DNA from: Anaerolineae bacterium
Lineage (GTDB): Bacteria > Chloroflexota > Anaerolineae > UBA1429
DNA: 64,000 nucleotides
Assembly: GCA_963675785.1 (NCBI GenBank)
Contig: OY776562.1
Span: forward strand, 768,001 to 832,000
Reading direction: 5' to 3'
Shown: piece by piece, positions 38,844 to 47,966 of the stretch
How positions within the stretch are numbered: the stretch's first letter is position 1
Layout of the letters: the number at the start of each line of letters is the position of its first letter
Translations under genes and position numbers: made by a program
The notes under the pieces: model-generated
What the model was told of the DNA's origin: nothing
Databases searched by the model: none
What the model saw: the letters and a program-made list of their open reading frames with translations, nothing else

Positions 38844-39508
38844 TGAACGAATCGCAATTGCCCCTCTACTGTTGCCACAAGGTTACTATGCCTCCAATCA
38901 TTGACGGAGTTTTGGGTTCTGCGTGGGATGCAGCTGAGCGCACATCGCTATGGGAGAATTGCTCTGGCGAGGCGCCCGTTCAGTCCACCTGGTTTCGTGC
39001 TCTCTGGGATGAACAGGCGCTCTATGTGGCTTTCGAGTGCGAGGATAATGACATCTGGGGGGACATGACCGAGCATGATGCGCCTATTTACGAGCAAGAG
39101 GTGGTCGAAGTCTTTATCGATGCCAATTCCGATGGTATCGGTTATATGGAGCTTGAAGTTAGCCCCTTGAACACCGTCTTTGATCTCTATATGTTGCTTT
39201 ACAACGGCCGTCGCAAGGGTCTGTTGGATTGGGACTGTCAGGGTCTGCAAACCGCCGTGAGCGTGGAGGGTGATGCTACTCGTCGTGGCAGCATCGACAA
39301 GTGTTGGGTTGTAGAGATGGCCATTCCCTTGGCCGAGCTTTTGACGGCGCCCCATATTCCGCCCCAATCGGGCGATGTCTGGCGGACTAACTTTTACCGC
39401 ATCGACCGGCCTGCCGAGAGCGGCTGGGAGTTGTCGGCTTGGTCGCCCACGGGGCATGAGGATTTTCACATGCCCGAACGATTCGGCCGCTTTATGTTCG
39501 TCCTCTAG
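38843..39508 (+). CDS. CBM9-like sugar-binding domain protein
   Basis: IDG, LWDEQALYVAF, VEVFID, EMAIP, WRTNFYR, WSP...FH; start overlaps the upstream stop (TGATG). Confidence 0.85.
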   Translation: MNESQLPLYCCHKVTMPPIIDGVLGSAWDAAERTSLWENCSGEAPVQSTWFRALWDEQALYVAFECEDNDIWGDMTEHDAPIYEQEVVEVFIDANSDGIGYMELEVSPLNTVFDLYMLLYNGRRKGLLDWDCQGLQTAVSVEGDATRRGSIDKCWVVEMAIPLAELLTAPHIPPQSGDVWRTNFYRIDRPAESGWELSAWSPTGHEDFHMPERFGRFMFVL

Positions 39509-39671
39509 TTCTCTCCAGAATCCGTTATTCCACCAGATGTCGACGCAGGCCCCGGATTGTAGCGCTTGCCTACAATTGATCCAGCCATTGCCAGCCAGAT
39601 CGGTCAACAGGCAAACTCGTTGTGTATTCCGGCGTTTCTTTGGCAATGCGCTCATGCATAAAAAAAAGATT

Positions 39672-40595
39672 TCATGCGTCATCTTTGCCAGCTGCTGCCC
39701 AGTGGATCAGGTCTTTGGACCGCGCGAGCCCCAGGACATTCCATCCTCGTCCCCACTTGGCATCGCCTTTAAAGGTCTCACACTCCGTGGTGCCAGCGTA
39801 GAGTAGGTAATAATGATCGTCGTAGGCTCGCCAGTCGTACAGCGTTGAGGCATTAGCTAGATCAAAAGTGTTGAAATACTCTTCAGGAAGATGCAGGGTT
39901 CGTACCTCGTACCAGTTCAGCCAATCGGTTGCTGTTCCTTGTCTATAGAGCACAGGCAGATGCCCTGCGGCGAAACAGGTGGTGAGTAAATGTGGGGTAC
40001 CGTCTATGGTCAAGAATTGATAGTTCTCGTGGCCGACGTGCGTACAGCTGCCATCTAGATGGCAGAATGTCACCAGGCCATCGTCAATATAATCGAAATC
40101 ATCTGTGATGTCCTTGGCAAAAGCTATGGTGGTCTGGTGTCCGTGCCCTTTCCACATCAGGCGCCAGCCATCGTCATAATGCCCCAGTGCTGCATCAATG
40201 GCACGCTCTTCCCTCGTAAGGTTCTGCGCCAGTGGGTTTAAAGAATCCCAGTTTGCCAGGTCAGTCGAAGAGGTGAACCACAGTTGATTGGGTTGACCCC
40301 CTACATCTCCCCAAGTGTTCAGCGTCAAATAAAAGGTGTCGCCAACCCGGCTGATATCGGGAGAGCAGTATCCTTTGAACTCGTTCGTTGGCCCCAACCA
40401 CAACAAGGGTTCGCTGAAACAGAGAAAATCCTCGGTTTGAATCTCACACACAGCACAATAGAGCTTGCCTTGCTCTTCATAAAAAGCCGAGTAAAAGATG
40501 AAAAAGGAATCGCCCAATCGAGCGCAGCAAAAATCCTTGATGGACTCACCAACCACACTGTGAACGGGATTCTTGAGTTTATGCCAGTCGAACAT
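39672..40595 (-). CDS. Five-bladed beta-propeller glycoside hydrolase-like protein (GH32/GH43/GH130-like)
   Basis: KNPV...IKD, CSPDI, STDLANW, AIDA, HEN, GLARSKDLIHW; AGGAGG RBS. Confidence 0.65.
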   Translation of the reverse strand: MFDWHKLKNPVHSVVGESIKDFCCARLGDSFFIFYSAFYEEQGKLYCAVCEIQTEDFLCFSEPLLWLGPTNEFKGYCSPDISRVGDTFYLTLNTWGDVGGQPNQLWFTSSTDLANWDSLNPLAQNLTREERAIDAALGHYDDGWRLMWKGHGHQTTIAFAKDITDDFDYIDDGLVTFCHLDGSCTHVGHENYQFLTIDGTPHLLTTCFAAGHLPVLYRQGTATDWLNWYEVRTLHLPEEYFNTFDLANASTLYDWRAYDDHYYLLYAGTTECETFKGDAKWGRGWNVLGLARSKDLIHWAAAGKDDA

Positions 40596-40711
40596 GACGC
40601 CTCCTATGAACGCTTGTACTACTTTATGGATTGCTGACTGCTAATGCAAGCACAATTTGCTGCCTAGCCACGAAACAGCTAGTCTGTCGTAAACATTGAT
40701 TGGAGATTGTC

Positions 40712-41461
40712 TTGAAATATCTGATCATCGCTGACGTGCACGGTAATCTACCCGCATTGGACGCTGTTCTGGCTGCCCACACTGACGTGGACGGCATCCT
40801 TTTTCTGGGTGATGCCCCCAGTGACGGTCCCCATCCGAATGCCGTCATCCAACGTCTGGTAGAGGTAGGTGCTCTCTGCATCCGCGGCAACCACGATACA
40901 GAGCTACTTAACATGGATCTATCACAACCACCAGCTACTCCCGATCAGGCCTGGAGGCATTGGTGCCGAAAGCAGCTCTCTGAGGAAAGCCTGGCCGTCA
41001 TGACCTCTTGGCCAGAGATGCGCCATCTCGATATTGATGGACGCCCGCTATGCATGATCCACGGTTTGCTGCCTCCCCAATATGGCAAACGCCTTTGGCC
41101 CGATTCTTCTGATGAGGCCTATGCCTATCTGGCTGCCCAATGCAGCGAGGACACCATCTTGGTGGGTCACTCTCACATACAAAGCATTGTGCAGCAGGTG
41201 GGCCGCATCTTTTGCAACCCGGGCAGCATCGGTCAGCAACGTTTGGGCGTTCCTCAGGCTTGTTACGCTCTTTTGGAGGATGGCCAATTGCGCCTGGATG
41301 CAGAACCTTATGATGTCGAATCTGTGGCCCGAGACATGGCTACCCTGCCTATCGATGCGGATTGGCTGGCTGAGCGCATTGCTGCCTTTGTACAGGGACG
41401 CCTGCCTGATACAGATAACATCGGGCGCCTTGCCCGCCTGGAGACGGGCGAATATCGCTGA
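40712..41461 (+). CDS. Calcineurin-like metallophosphoesterase
   Basis: ADVHGN, GD, RGNHD, HG, GHSH, NPGSIGQ. Confidence 0.9.
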   Translation: MKYLIIADVHGNLPALDAVLAAHTDVDGILFLGDAPSDGPHPNAVIQRLVEVGALCIRGNHDTELLNMDLSQPPATPDQAWRHWCRKQLSEESLAVMTSWPEMRHLDIDGRPLCMIHGLLPPQYGKRLWPDSSDEAYAYLAAQCSEDTILVGHSHIQSIVQQVGRIFCNPGSIGQQRLGVPQACYALLEDGQLRLDAEPYDVESVARDMATLPIDADWLAERIAAFVQGRLPDTDNIGRLARLETGEYR

Positions 41462-41535
41462 TTCTGTGCCAGCGCTTGACCCCACTATGGTGTTTTACTA
41501 GACTTGCCCAGTCCTATTGTGAAAGGTAGAGAGAC

Positions 41536-42300
41536 GTGAATCCAATCATCGAGAAAATGGCAGCGGGTGAGGCGGCTCTGGGCCTCTTTATGAACTGTAG
41601 CTATGCCGCCTTTACTGAAATCGCCGGTCGCGCAGGATTCGATTACGCCATTGCCGATACCGAGCATGGCCCGCTCTCCATCGAGACGGCCGAGGATCTC
41701 TGCCGCGCTGGTCAATGCGGTGGTTTGGCGCCTATCGTGCGTGTGCGCGAGAACGAGCCAACCCTCATTCAACGCGCTCTTGACATTGGTTCCGCCGGTG
41801 TGCAGGTGCCCCAAATCTCTACGGCGGCTGACGCCGAACGTGCTGTGCATTCGGCCAAGTACTGGCCCTACGGTCAACGCGGCTTTTCTCCTGCCACCCG
41901 CGCCGGTGACTATTTCCTCTCTGGCTCGGTGGGTCTCACCGACCGCCTCAACGAGGAGCAGATGCTCATTGTGCACATCGAGGGCAAAGAGGGCGTCGAC
42001 AATCTGGATGCTATCCTCGCCGTGCCCCATATCGATGTCATCTTCCTTGGGCCATATGATCTCAGCCAGTCGTTGGGCATCCCCGGCCAGGTCAACGATC
42101 CTCTGATCACCAGCACCATGATCGATGCTGCCCATCGCATCCGCGAGGCGGGCAAATTCGCCGGCACCTTCTGCGGTACCGCTGAATCGGCACAGTTCTG
42201 GTATCGTCAGGGGATTCAGTATCTCACCATGGGCGTCGATATCGCGCTCTTTGGCAATGCTTGCCGTAACCTGGTCAATGAGGTACGCGCCGGTCTTTAG
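41536..42300 (+). CDS. HpcH/HpaI family 2-keto-3-deoxy sugar acid aldolase
   Basis: DTEHG, LDIG..GV.VP, GQRG, IE, FLGPYDLS. Confidence 0.92.
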   Translation: MNPIIEKMAAGEAALGLFMNCSYAAFTEIAGRAGFDYAIADTEHGPLSIETAEDLCRAGQCGGLAPIVRVRENEPTLIQRALDIGSAGVQVPQISTAADAERAVHSAKYWPYGQRGFSPATRAGDYFLSGSVGLTDRLNEEQMLIVHIEGKEGVDNLDAILAVPHIDVIFLGPYDLSQSLGIPGQVNDPLITSTMIDAAHRIREAGKFAGTFCGTAESAQFWYRQGIQYLTMGVDIALFGNACRNLVNEVRAGL

Positions 42301-42367
42301 AGTCTTTGCTTTGAACCTGTAATGCCAAACTCGTGTAGCTGCTTGCCCCAAGGAGGAGGTATCCAGC

Positions 42368-43249
42368 ATGACGATAATATCCAGAAACTACCGACTGCTT
42401 CAAGATTTCGACGCAGTGAGCCGTTTTTTGACGGCTGAATACAAGAAAAGCGGTTGGGGGCAGTGTATGCTCCAGCCCCGCTTTGAATATGCCCATACGC
42501 ATCCGGCTTTCAATTACAATCGGGCTCATCGCTTCAAGCTGTGGCAAGACGATGGCGAGATCGTAGCCTTGGTTTGTTTTGAGGGTGATCTGGGTGAAGC
42601 TTTAATCTCCGCCGCTCACGGGTACGAGTTTCTCTATGATGAAATGCTCACCTATGCGGAAAAAGAACTTGCCAAAGTCGAGAATGGACAGCACTCACTA
42701 GAGGTTTCCGCCAATGATACTCAGACGGCTTTGCGGCGTGTGCTAGAGACTCGCGGCTATACGCCTCGTTGGTCTCACCCCATCCTCCACTACGATTACG
42801 CCAAGGGATTCCTGCAGCGCGAATCGCCAAAAGGTTTTACCTTGCACACGCTGCAAGAGGAAGACGATTTTCGCAAAATCCACACTTGCCTCTGGAAGGG
42901 CTTTGACCACAGTGATGAGCCCGACGACGATTGGGATTGTCGTCGCCAGATGCAATCCGGGCCCCATTTTCGCCAAGACCTGACTTTCGTCATCGTGGCA
43001 CCCGATGGTGAGTACGCTTGTTTCGCTGGTATGTGGCTCGATCAGGACAACGATTACGCCTATCTAGAACCTCTTGCCACGGTTCCCGAACACAGGCGCA
43101 AGGGTTTGGCGACCGTCATCCTGATGGAGGCCATGAAGCGTACGCAAGCCTTTGGGGCGACGTATTGCATCGGTGGCAGTCGCGAGTTCTACGAGGCCAT
43201 CGGTTTTGAACGTCGAGGGACTGATTCTGGCTGGTACAAGACCTGGTAG
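42368..43249 (+). CDS. GNAT family N-acetyltransferase
   Basis: LEPLATVPEHRRKGLA acetyl-CoA motif, FYEAIGF; GGAGG RBS. Confidence 0.88.
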   Translation: MTIISRNYRLLQDFDAVSRFLTAEYKKSGWGQCMLQPRFEYAHTHPAFNYNRAHRFKLWQDDGEIVALVCFEGDLGEALISAAHGYEFLYDEMLTYAEKELAKVENGQHSLEVSANDTQTALRRVLETRGYTPRWSHPILHYDYAKGFLQRESPKGFTLHTLQEEDDFRKIHTCLWKGFDHSDEPDDDWDCRRQMQSGPHFRQDLTFVIVAPDGEYACFAGMWLDQDNDYAYLEPLATVPEHRRKGLATVILMEAMKRTQAFGATYCIGGSREFYEAIGFERRGTDSGWYKTW

Positions 43250-43275
43250 ATCCTGTATAGCGGAGGACTGGGCCC

Positions 43276-44319
43276 ATGAGCTATCGTATTGGTATGGATT
43301 GCCTCAACCTGCGACCGACGCCGCGTCTGGCTCACACTGAATACTGCGACCACGGCCCTCTGATGCGCTATGTGACCGGCCTGGATGAAGCGGATCCTGC
43401 CCTCGCCCGTTCCTTTTACGCCAAGTGGCAGTACGATTTTCTCTGGTCGACCACCGATGACCCTGTCCCCTGGGAACAGCGCGGACGTGTGACCGACATG
43501 GGGCACGCCGAGTATATGGAGAACGGCTCTGACCGTCATGATTCGACGGAATGCCCCTTTCACACAGTCGAAGAGGTGCTTGCCTTTGATGCTGTGGCCG
43601 AATACGGCCTGACTGACATGAGAACCCTGGTCAATACCTACCAGATGCTCTACCAGCAGGCCCGGCATGATTATCCCGAACAGGTGTGGACCGGCGGCTA
43701 TTACCGCACCCTGATCTCTGGAGCCATCGCCATCTTGGGCTGGGATATGCTTCTCATGGGCGCCGCCCAGCGCGATCGTTTTACGCGCGTGCTCGATTCT
43801 ATCTATCAGCAAACACTGCGGCACTGCCAGGCCTGGGCCCAAACCAGTTGCGAGGTCTATATGTGCCATGATGACATGGTTTGGAGCAGCGGCCCCTTTA
43901 TGCGTCCTGATTACTATCGCGCCGAGATATTCCCCCGCTACAAGGCTCTATGGCAGGTACTGCACGACGCCGGCAAAAAGGTGATCTTTACATCTGATGG
44001 CGACTGGCGCATGTTCGTGGATGATATCGTCGAGGCCGGTGCCGATGCCCTTTGCTTTGAGCCCATGGTGCCCTTGGCAGAGGTTAGCCGAAAATACGGC
44101 CGCACCCACTGCCTGCTGGGCAGCTCGGTCGATGCCCGTACCCTCACCTTTGGCACGCAAGATGACATTCGTCGTCAGGTAGATGAAACATTAGAGGCCG
44201 CCCAAAACTGCAGCGGCCTCATGGTAGCGGTGGGCAATCATCTTCCAGCAAACATACCATTGGAGAACGCTCTGTATTACTATGAATATCTCTCCAGCCA
44301 TTGGAAATCCGAGTCCTAG
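43276..44319 (+). CDS. Uroporphyrinogen decarboxylase / MtaA-CmuA family protein
   Basis: HDD, FM.P..YR..IFP.Y, SDGD, G.VD, NHLPANIP.EN C-terminal URO-D pattern. Confidence 0.8.
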   Translation: MSYRIGMDCLNLRPTPRLAHTEYCDHGPLMRYVTGLDEADPALARSFYAKWQYDFLWSTTDDPVPWEQRGRVTDMGHAEYMENGSDRHDSTECPFHTVEEVLAFDAVAEYGLTDMRTLVNTYQMLYQQARHDYPEQVWTGGYYRTLISGAIAILGWDMLLMGAAQRDRFTRVLDSIYQQTLRHCQAWAQTSCEVYMCHDDMVWSSGPFMRPDYYRAEIFPRYKALWQVLHDAGKKVIFTSDGDWRMFVDDIVEAGADALCFEPMVPLAEVSRKYGRTHCLLGSSVDARTLTFGTQDDIRRQVDETLEAAQNCSGLMVAVGNHLPANIPLENALYYYEYLSSHWKSES

Positions 44320-45485
44320 CCCAACGAAGAAGGTTCCCCCTTGTCGGCTGATTCGATGATGGCGCAGGTGATGCAAGTTTGGATCAGCCCGTCTTCGTGG
44401 TTGGGCAGAGAACCCAGCCCCTGCCAGGAGGTAGGCTCGTTCGTGCCTTGTAAAATGCCGTCGATCAAATGATCAGGCATGGCCATGAACTCGCCATAGC
44501 CCAGGCCATTGTATTCTAGGGCAGGTACGCCGGCCTGATTCTCCGTGCTGAGCACGCCCGTACTGGGCTCTGGTTGATTCATCATCGCCTTGAGGTGCAC
44601 ATCCCAACCCAACAGCGCCTTTTGATGGGCCAACAATTCCTCAAAGGTAATCTCTGTCGAGAGGTTGGCCCTCCAGCCGGGCTGTGTGCCAAATCCGCCG
44701 CGTTTGTTGTAGATGAGCGTGCCCTTGGCTCCAGAAAAGCACATATAGAACTCGACCAGCTCGTCGATGTGCTTGATCCATTCTGCTTTGACACGTATTT
44801 TCATCCCCGTATCAAAGGTCAGGTAGGCATCATACAAGTCGGGCGTATAGCCCAACACGCACTCTTGTTTGATAGCATAAACGTCCGTAACCTCGGCAGG
44901 GCTAAAGTAAAAGCGTAGCAGATCCACCACGTGGCTCAGCAAAAAGTGCGCCGTCGATGATCCTGCTGCCCAATCTTTGCTGCGATTTCCCCACAATTGC
45001 GTTGGCACCGAGATGTTATCATCCAGTCGTGATTCGCCATAGACCACATCCCCCAACAATCCCTGCTGTGCCACATAGCGTGTGGCGATGTCTAGCGGGG
45101 TGGCACGGTTAGCGTAGTTGACATAAAACTTGCATCCGCTTTTTTCGATGGCCTCATACAGCTTGGTAGCATCTTCTAGTTTGGTAGCAAAGGGCTTTTC
45201 TTGAATGATAGCCGGGACGCCAACTTTGATGGCAGCCAAACTCGGCGCCAGGTGCAAGGGGTCGGGCGTGGCCACCACCACCAGGTCGAGATGCTCGGCT
45301 TTGAGCATCTCCTCATAGGCGGTGTACGCCGTAGCGCCTGTTGAGGCGGCTGTAGCTTGGGCTGTCTCTTCCCGTAGATCGGCTACGGCAGCTAGCGTTA
45401 TGTCTGCGCGTTTATGCAATAGGGTGGCGTATTGGCTGCCCAGAATACCCAGTCCAATGACGCCTGCTCGGCATGTTGCGGTCAT
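44316..45485 (-). CDS. Gfo/Idh/MocA family oxidoreductase
   Basis: GVIGLGILG, ATPDPLH, EKP; GGAGG RBS before ATG 45485. Confidence 0.88.
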   Translation of the reverse strand: MTATCRAGVIGLGILGSQYATLLHKRADITLAAVADLREETAQATAASTGATAYTAYEEMLKAEHLDLVVVATPDPLHLAPSLAAIKVGVPAIIQEKPFATKLEDATKLYEAIEKSGCKFYVNYANRATPLDIATRYVAQQGLLGDVVYGESRLDDNISVPTQLWGNRSKDWAAGSSTAHFLLSHVVDLLRFYFSPAEVTDVYAIKQECVLGYTPDLYDAYLTFDTGMKIRVKAEWIKHIDELVEFYMCFSGAKGTLIYNKRGGFGTQPGWRANLSTEITFEELLAHQKALLGWDVHLKAMMNQPEPSTGVLSTENQAGVPALEYNGLGYGEFMAMPDHLIDGILQGTNEPTSWQGLGSLPNHEDGLIQTCITCAIIESADKGEPSSLG

Positions 45486-45510
45486 TTTCCCTCCTTTTTC
45501 TGTGCGGCCT

Positions 45511-45583
45511 ATTCTAGGTAGGCAACAACACAACGTCAATGGCTATGCTCTTTCTTGACCACTGACTGTACTGGTTCGATAAT
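45511..45583. promoter_or_regulatory. Divergent sigma70-type promoters
   Basis: Minus strand TTGACG-17-TAGAAT (45539-45511); plus strand TTGACC-17-GATAAT (45555-45583). Confidence 0.6.
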
Positions 45584-45612
45584 AGAGTCACTTACAACAA
45601 AGGAGGTTGTTC

Positions 45613-46029
45613 GTGCGGAGGCTTGTTGCATTTTCGCTTGTGTGTCTGGGGTTGATTGTCGTTCTGTCTGGTTGTGGTCTCTTGCGCGATACGGCTACAC
45701 TTTCTGCTCGTTTGCAGGGACACTGGTTCTCCGATGATGCCATAGACTATTACTTTGGCCCCCTTGATGCAACGACGGGTCAAGGCAGCCTGATCATTGT
45801 CGATGCTGATGGCGTACGTACCGATCAGTACTATAGCATTGTGGAAGAAAACGCTGATGAGAGCTTGTTAACCCTTCTCTATCAGGGCGATGAGGAACGC
45901 GAAATCACTTTTTACATCCCTGAGGATGGCATTTTCATGCAGGAGAGGGAAGCGGGTGTCGATCCCGAAAACGCCATGGATTACACTTTTATCGATACGG
46001 CTATCGAACCTCTTGAATACGAAGAGTAA
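45613..46029 (+). CDS. Acidic hypothetical lipoprotein
   Basis: AGGAGG RBS with GTG start; signal peptide with LSGC lipobox. Confidence 0.75.
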   Translation: MRRLVAFSLVCLGLIVVLSGCGLLRDTATLSARLQGHWFSDDAIDYYFGPLDATTGQGSLIIVDADGVRTDQYYSIVEENADESLLTLLYQGDEEREITFYIPEDGIFMQEREAGVDPENAMDYTFIDTAIEPLEYEE

Positions 46030-46031
46030 AG

Positions 46032-46061
46032 AAAAAGGGCGGCTCCAGCCGCCCTTTTTTT
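46032..46061. terminator. Bidirectional intrinsic terminator
   Basis: AAAAAGGGCGGCT/AGCCGCCCTTTTTT. Confidence 0.85.
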
Positions 46062-46077
46062 GTATCTGCCCAAAAAC

Positions 46078-47130
46078 CTAGTCCAAACCGAGATACTGCC
46101 CAAAGAAACTTGCTGACTTGTTGCCCCCCCAGCCATGTTCGCCGTTGTGTAGATCCAGCCACAGGTCGTCGCGAGCGCCCGCAGCTTCATAGATATTCTC
46201 TACCTGGTGGAAACAAGCCGTGGCATTATCCACCACAAAACAACTGTCATACACACCAATATCCACCAAGAGCGGACGCGGCGCTAACAGACCCTGCACA
46301 TCGGGCAGGTCTACCAGTTTGAACAGACCCGGTGCGACTTGCATGCCACAATAGTTGAGGTCGTTAAAACCGAACTTGGCCCACAGGTCGCTGTAGCAGA
46401 TGATCTCTGTAGCGCCAAAACGCTCGTCGCATAGACTAGACCACAACGTCATGGTACCACCGCCGCTCAAGCCCATCACGCCCAACCGGTCGGCATCCAC
46501 AAAGGGCTGCTCTTGGATAAAATCTGTCGCCGCTTTGCCGTGGGTCACATTGATGGATAGCGAAGTCATGCCCAACATGGTAGCATGGAGATAATATAGG
46601 TTGCACCAGTCCTTGTTGCCGTTGGTTCGCAAAAAGTGGGGCTTGTTGTTGTCGTTGCGTTCGCCCAAACCGATCCAATCAATGGCATAGGTGATATACC
46701 CCGCCTCAGCCATTTGTCGGCCGTAATCGTAATTGCAACTGGCGATTTCGGCACGGCGCTCGGGCGAAGAGGCGTTGCCCATCACCGAGTCTTTGCCAAA
46801 AAGGCCGTGGCCATGCCAGCACATAATCGCCGGTCGCCGTTCTCCAGGGTGCAAGTCGGCGGGTATGTTGATTTGCAGTGTAGCCGAGATAAACTCGGAT
46901 ACATCGATGACCCAACGCTGCTTGTGTAGGGCGCCTTCGTCCCATTCGACCAACAGCTCGGGATTGAGCGGCACGCGTGCCGGTGCTTCACCCAGCGTGG
47001 CGAGTACTTGAGGCAGCGTGTCTTTTTTCCATTCCGTAAACCCCGTTGCGCCATCGAAACGGCATAGAGGTGGGTGCGCTTGAGCCAGTTTTTTGAACAT
47101 GACTTGCGGGCTTAGATTTCGATCCGTCAT
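46078..47130 (-). CDS. Alpha/beta hydrolase (dienelactone hydrolase / acetylxylan-esterase-like)
   Basis: HGHG, GLGER, nucleophile elbow GLSGGG, APRPL, D and H triad residues. Confidence 0.85.
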   Translation of the reverse strand: MTDRNLSPQVMFKKLAQAHPPLCRFDGATGFTEWKKDTLPQVLATLGEAPARVPLNPELLVEWDEGALHKQRWVIDVSEFISATLQINIPADLHPGERRPAIMCWHGHGLFGKDSVMGNASSPERRAEIASCNYDYGRQMAEAGYITYAIDWIGLGERNDNNKPHFLRTNGNKDWCNLYYLHATMLGMTSLSINVTHGKAATDFIQEQPFVDADRLGVMGLSGGGTMTLWSSLCDERFGATEIICYSDLWAKFGFNDLNYCGMQVAPGLFKLVDLPDVQGLLAPRPLLVDIGVYDSCFVVDNATACFHQVENIYEAAGARDDLWLDLHNGEHGWGGNKSASFFGQYLGLD

Positions 47131-47213
47131 GGTTTACCCCCTGCAGCGAACGTTGCTGATGGCGGCAGTGTAACCTACCTGTTCCCAGAGTTCAACGGTT
47201 TCAAGGAGGCAAA

Positions 47214-47966
47214 ATGTCCGATCCGACTATCATTCTGGACGAACTATTTGCGCGCATGGCTTCTGAGGCGGATGAAACCCGTGTGGAGGCCGCCCTTCGT
47301 TTCTTCCCCAGCAAACCGTCAATTCTGGGTTTGCCCAGTGGCCTATCCAACCAATTGGGCAAAGAATTGGCTGTTACGCTCAAAGGCGAGGACCTCGACA
47401 CGATCATTCAGGTGGGCACGGGCCTCTATGCCACGGGGGTAATGGAACATGCTGCTGTGGCCAATGAAATGCTGGGCCGCTTTTGGCGGCGCTTTGGATC
47501 CGAGCACTGGGATCTGTTCGACCATTGGATTGGCCTCTTCACTTGCTGGGGCACCACCGATAGCTTTTGCCTCAAGGTACTCTCACACGTCATCGAGCGC
47601 CATGGCTTGGATTGGCCCCGTGTTCAGGATTGGGCCCATCGAGAGGGGCTTTGGTATCGCCGTGCTTCACTGGTCTGCCTGACACGGGGGCTGCGCAAGG
47701 GCGAAGAAACGGACGAGTTCTTTCAACTTGCTGATGAGCTCTTGAGTGATAAGGAGCCAATGATTCAAAAAGCCATCGGCTGGATGCTCAAAGAGCTTTC
47801 TGGGGGCGACGCAAAAGCCACCATCGGTTATTTACAAACGCGTTCTGAGCGTATGAGCAAACTGGCTTTTCGTTATGCACAAGAAAAGCTGACGCCCGAA
47901 CAAAAAGCTCGGGTCGCCAGCTCTAATTATCTTGCAGAGATGATGCTTAGCGCGCTTTGGCCATGA
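47214..47966 (+). CDS. DNA alkylation repair protein (AlkD-like HEAT repeat)
   Basis: WGTTDSFC, WYRRAS, IQKAIGWMLKE, RYAQEKL. Confidence 0.85.
   Translation: MSDPTIILDELFARMASEADETRVEAALRFFPSKPSILGLPSGLSNQLGKELAVTLKGEDLDTIIQVGTGLYATGVMEHAAVANEMLGRFWRRFGSEHWDLFDHWIGLFTCWGTTDSFCLKVLSHVIERHGLDWPRVQDWAHREGLWYRRASLVCLTRGLRKGEETDEFFQLADELLSDKEPMIQKAIGWMLKELSGGDAKATIGYLQTRSERMSKLAFRYAQEKLTPEQKARVASSNYLAEMMLSALWP

Noticed and set aside
39509-39671. 163-nt gap between convergent genes with a short stem (ATTGTAG/CTACAAT), possible gene remnant or sRNA
   Set aside because: No recognisable protein motif or stable structure.
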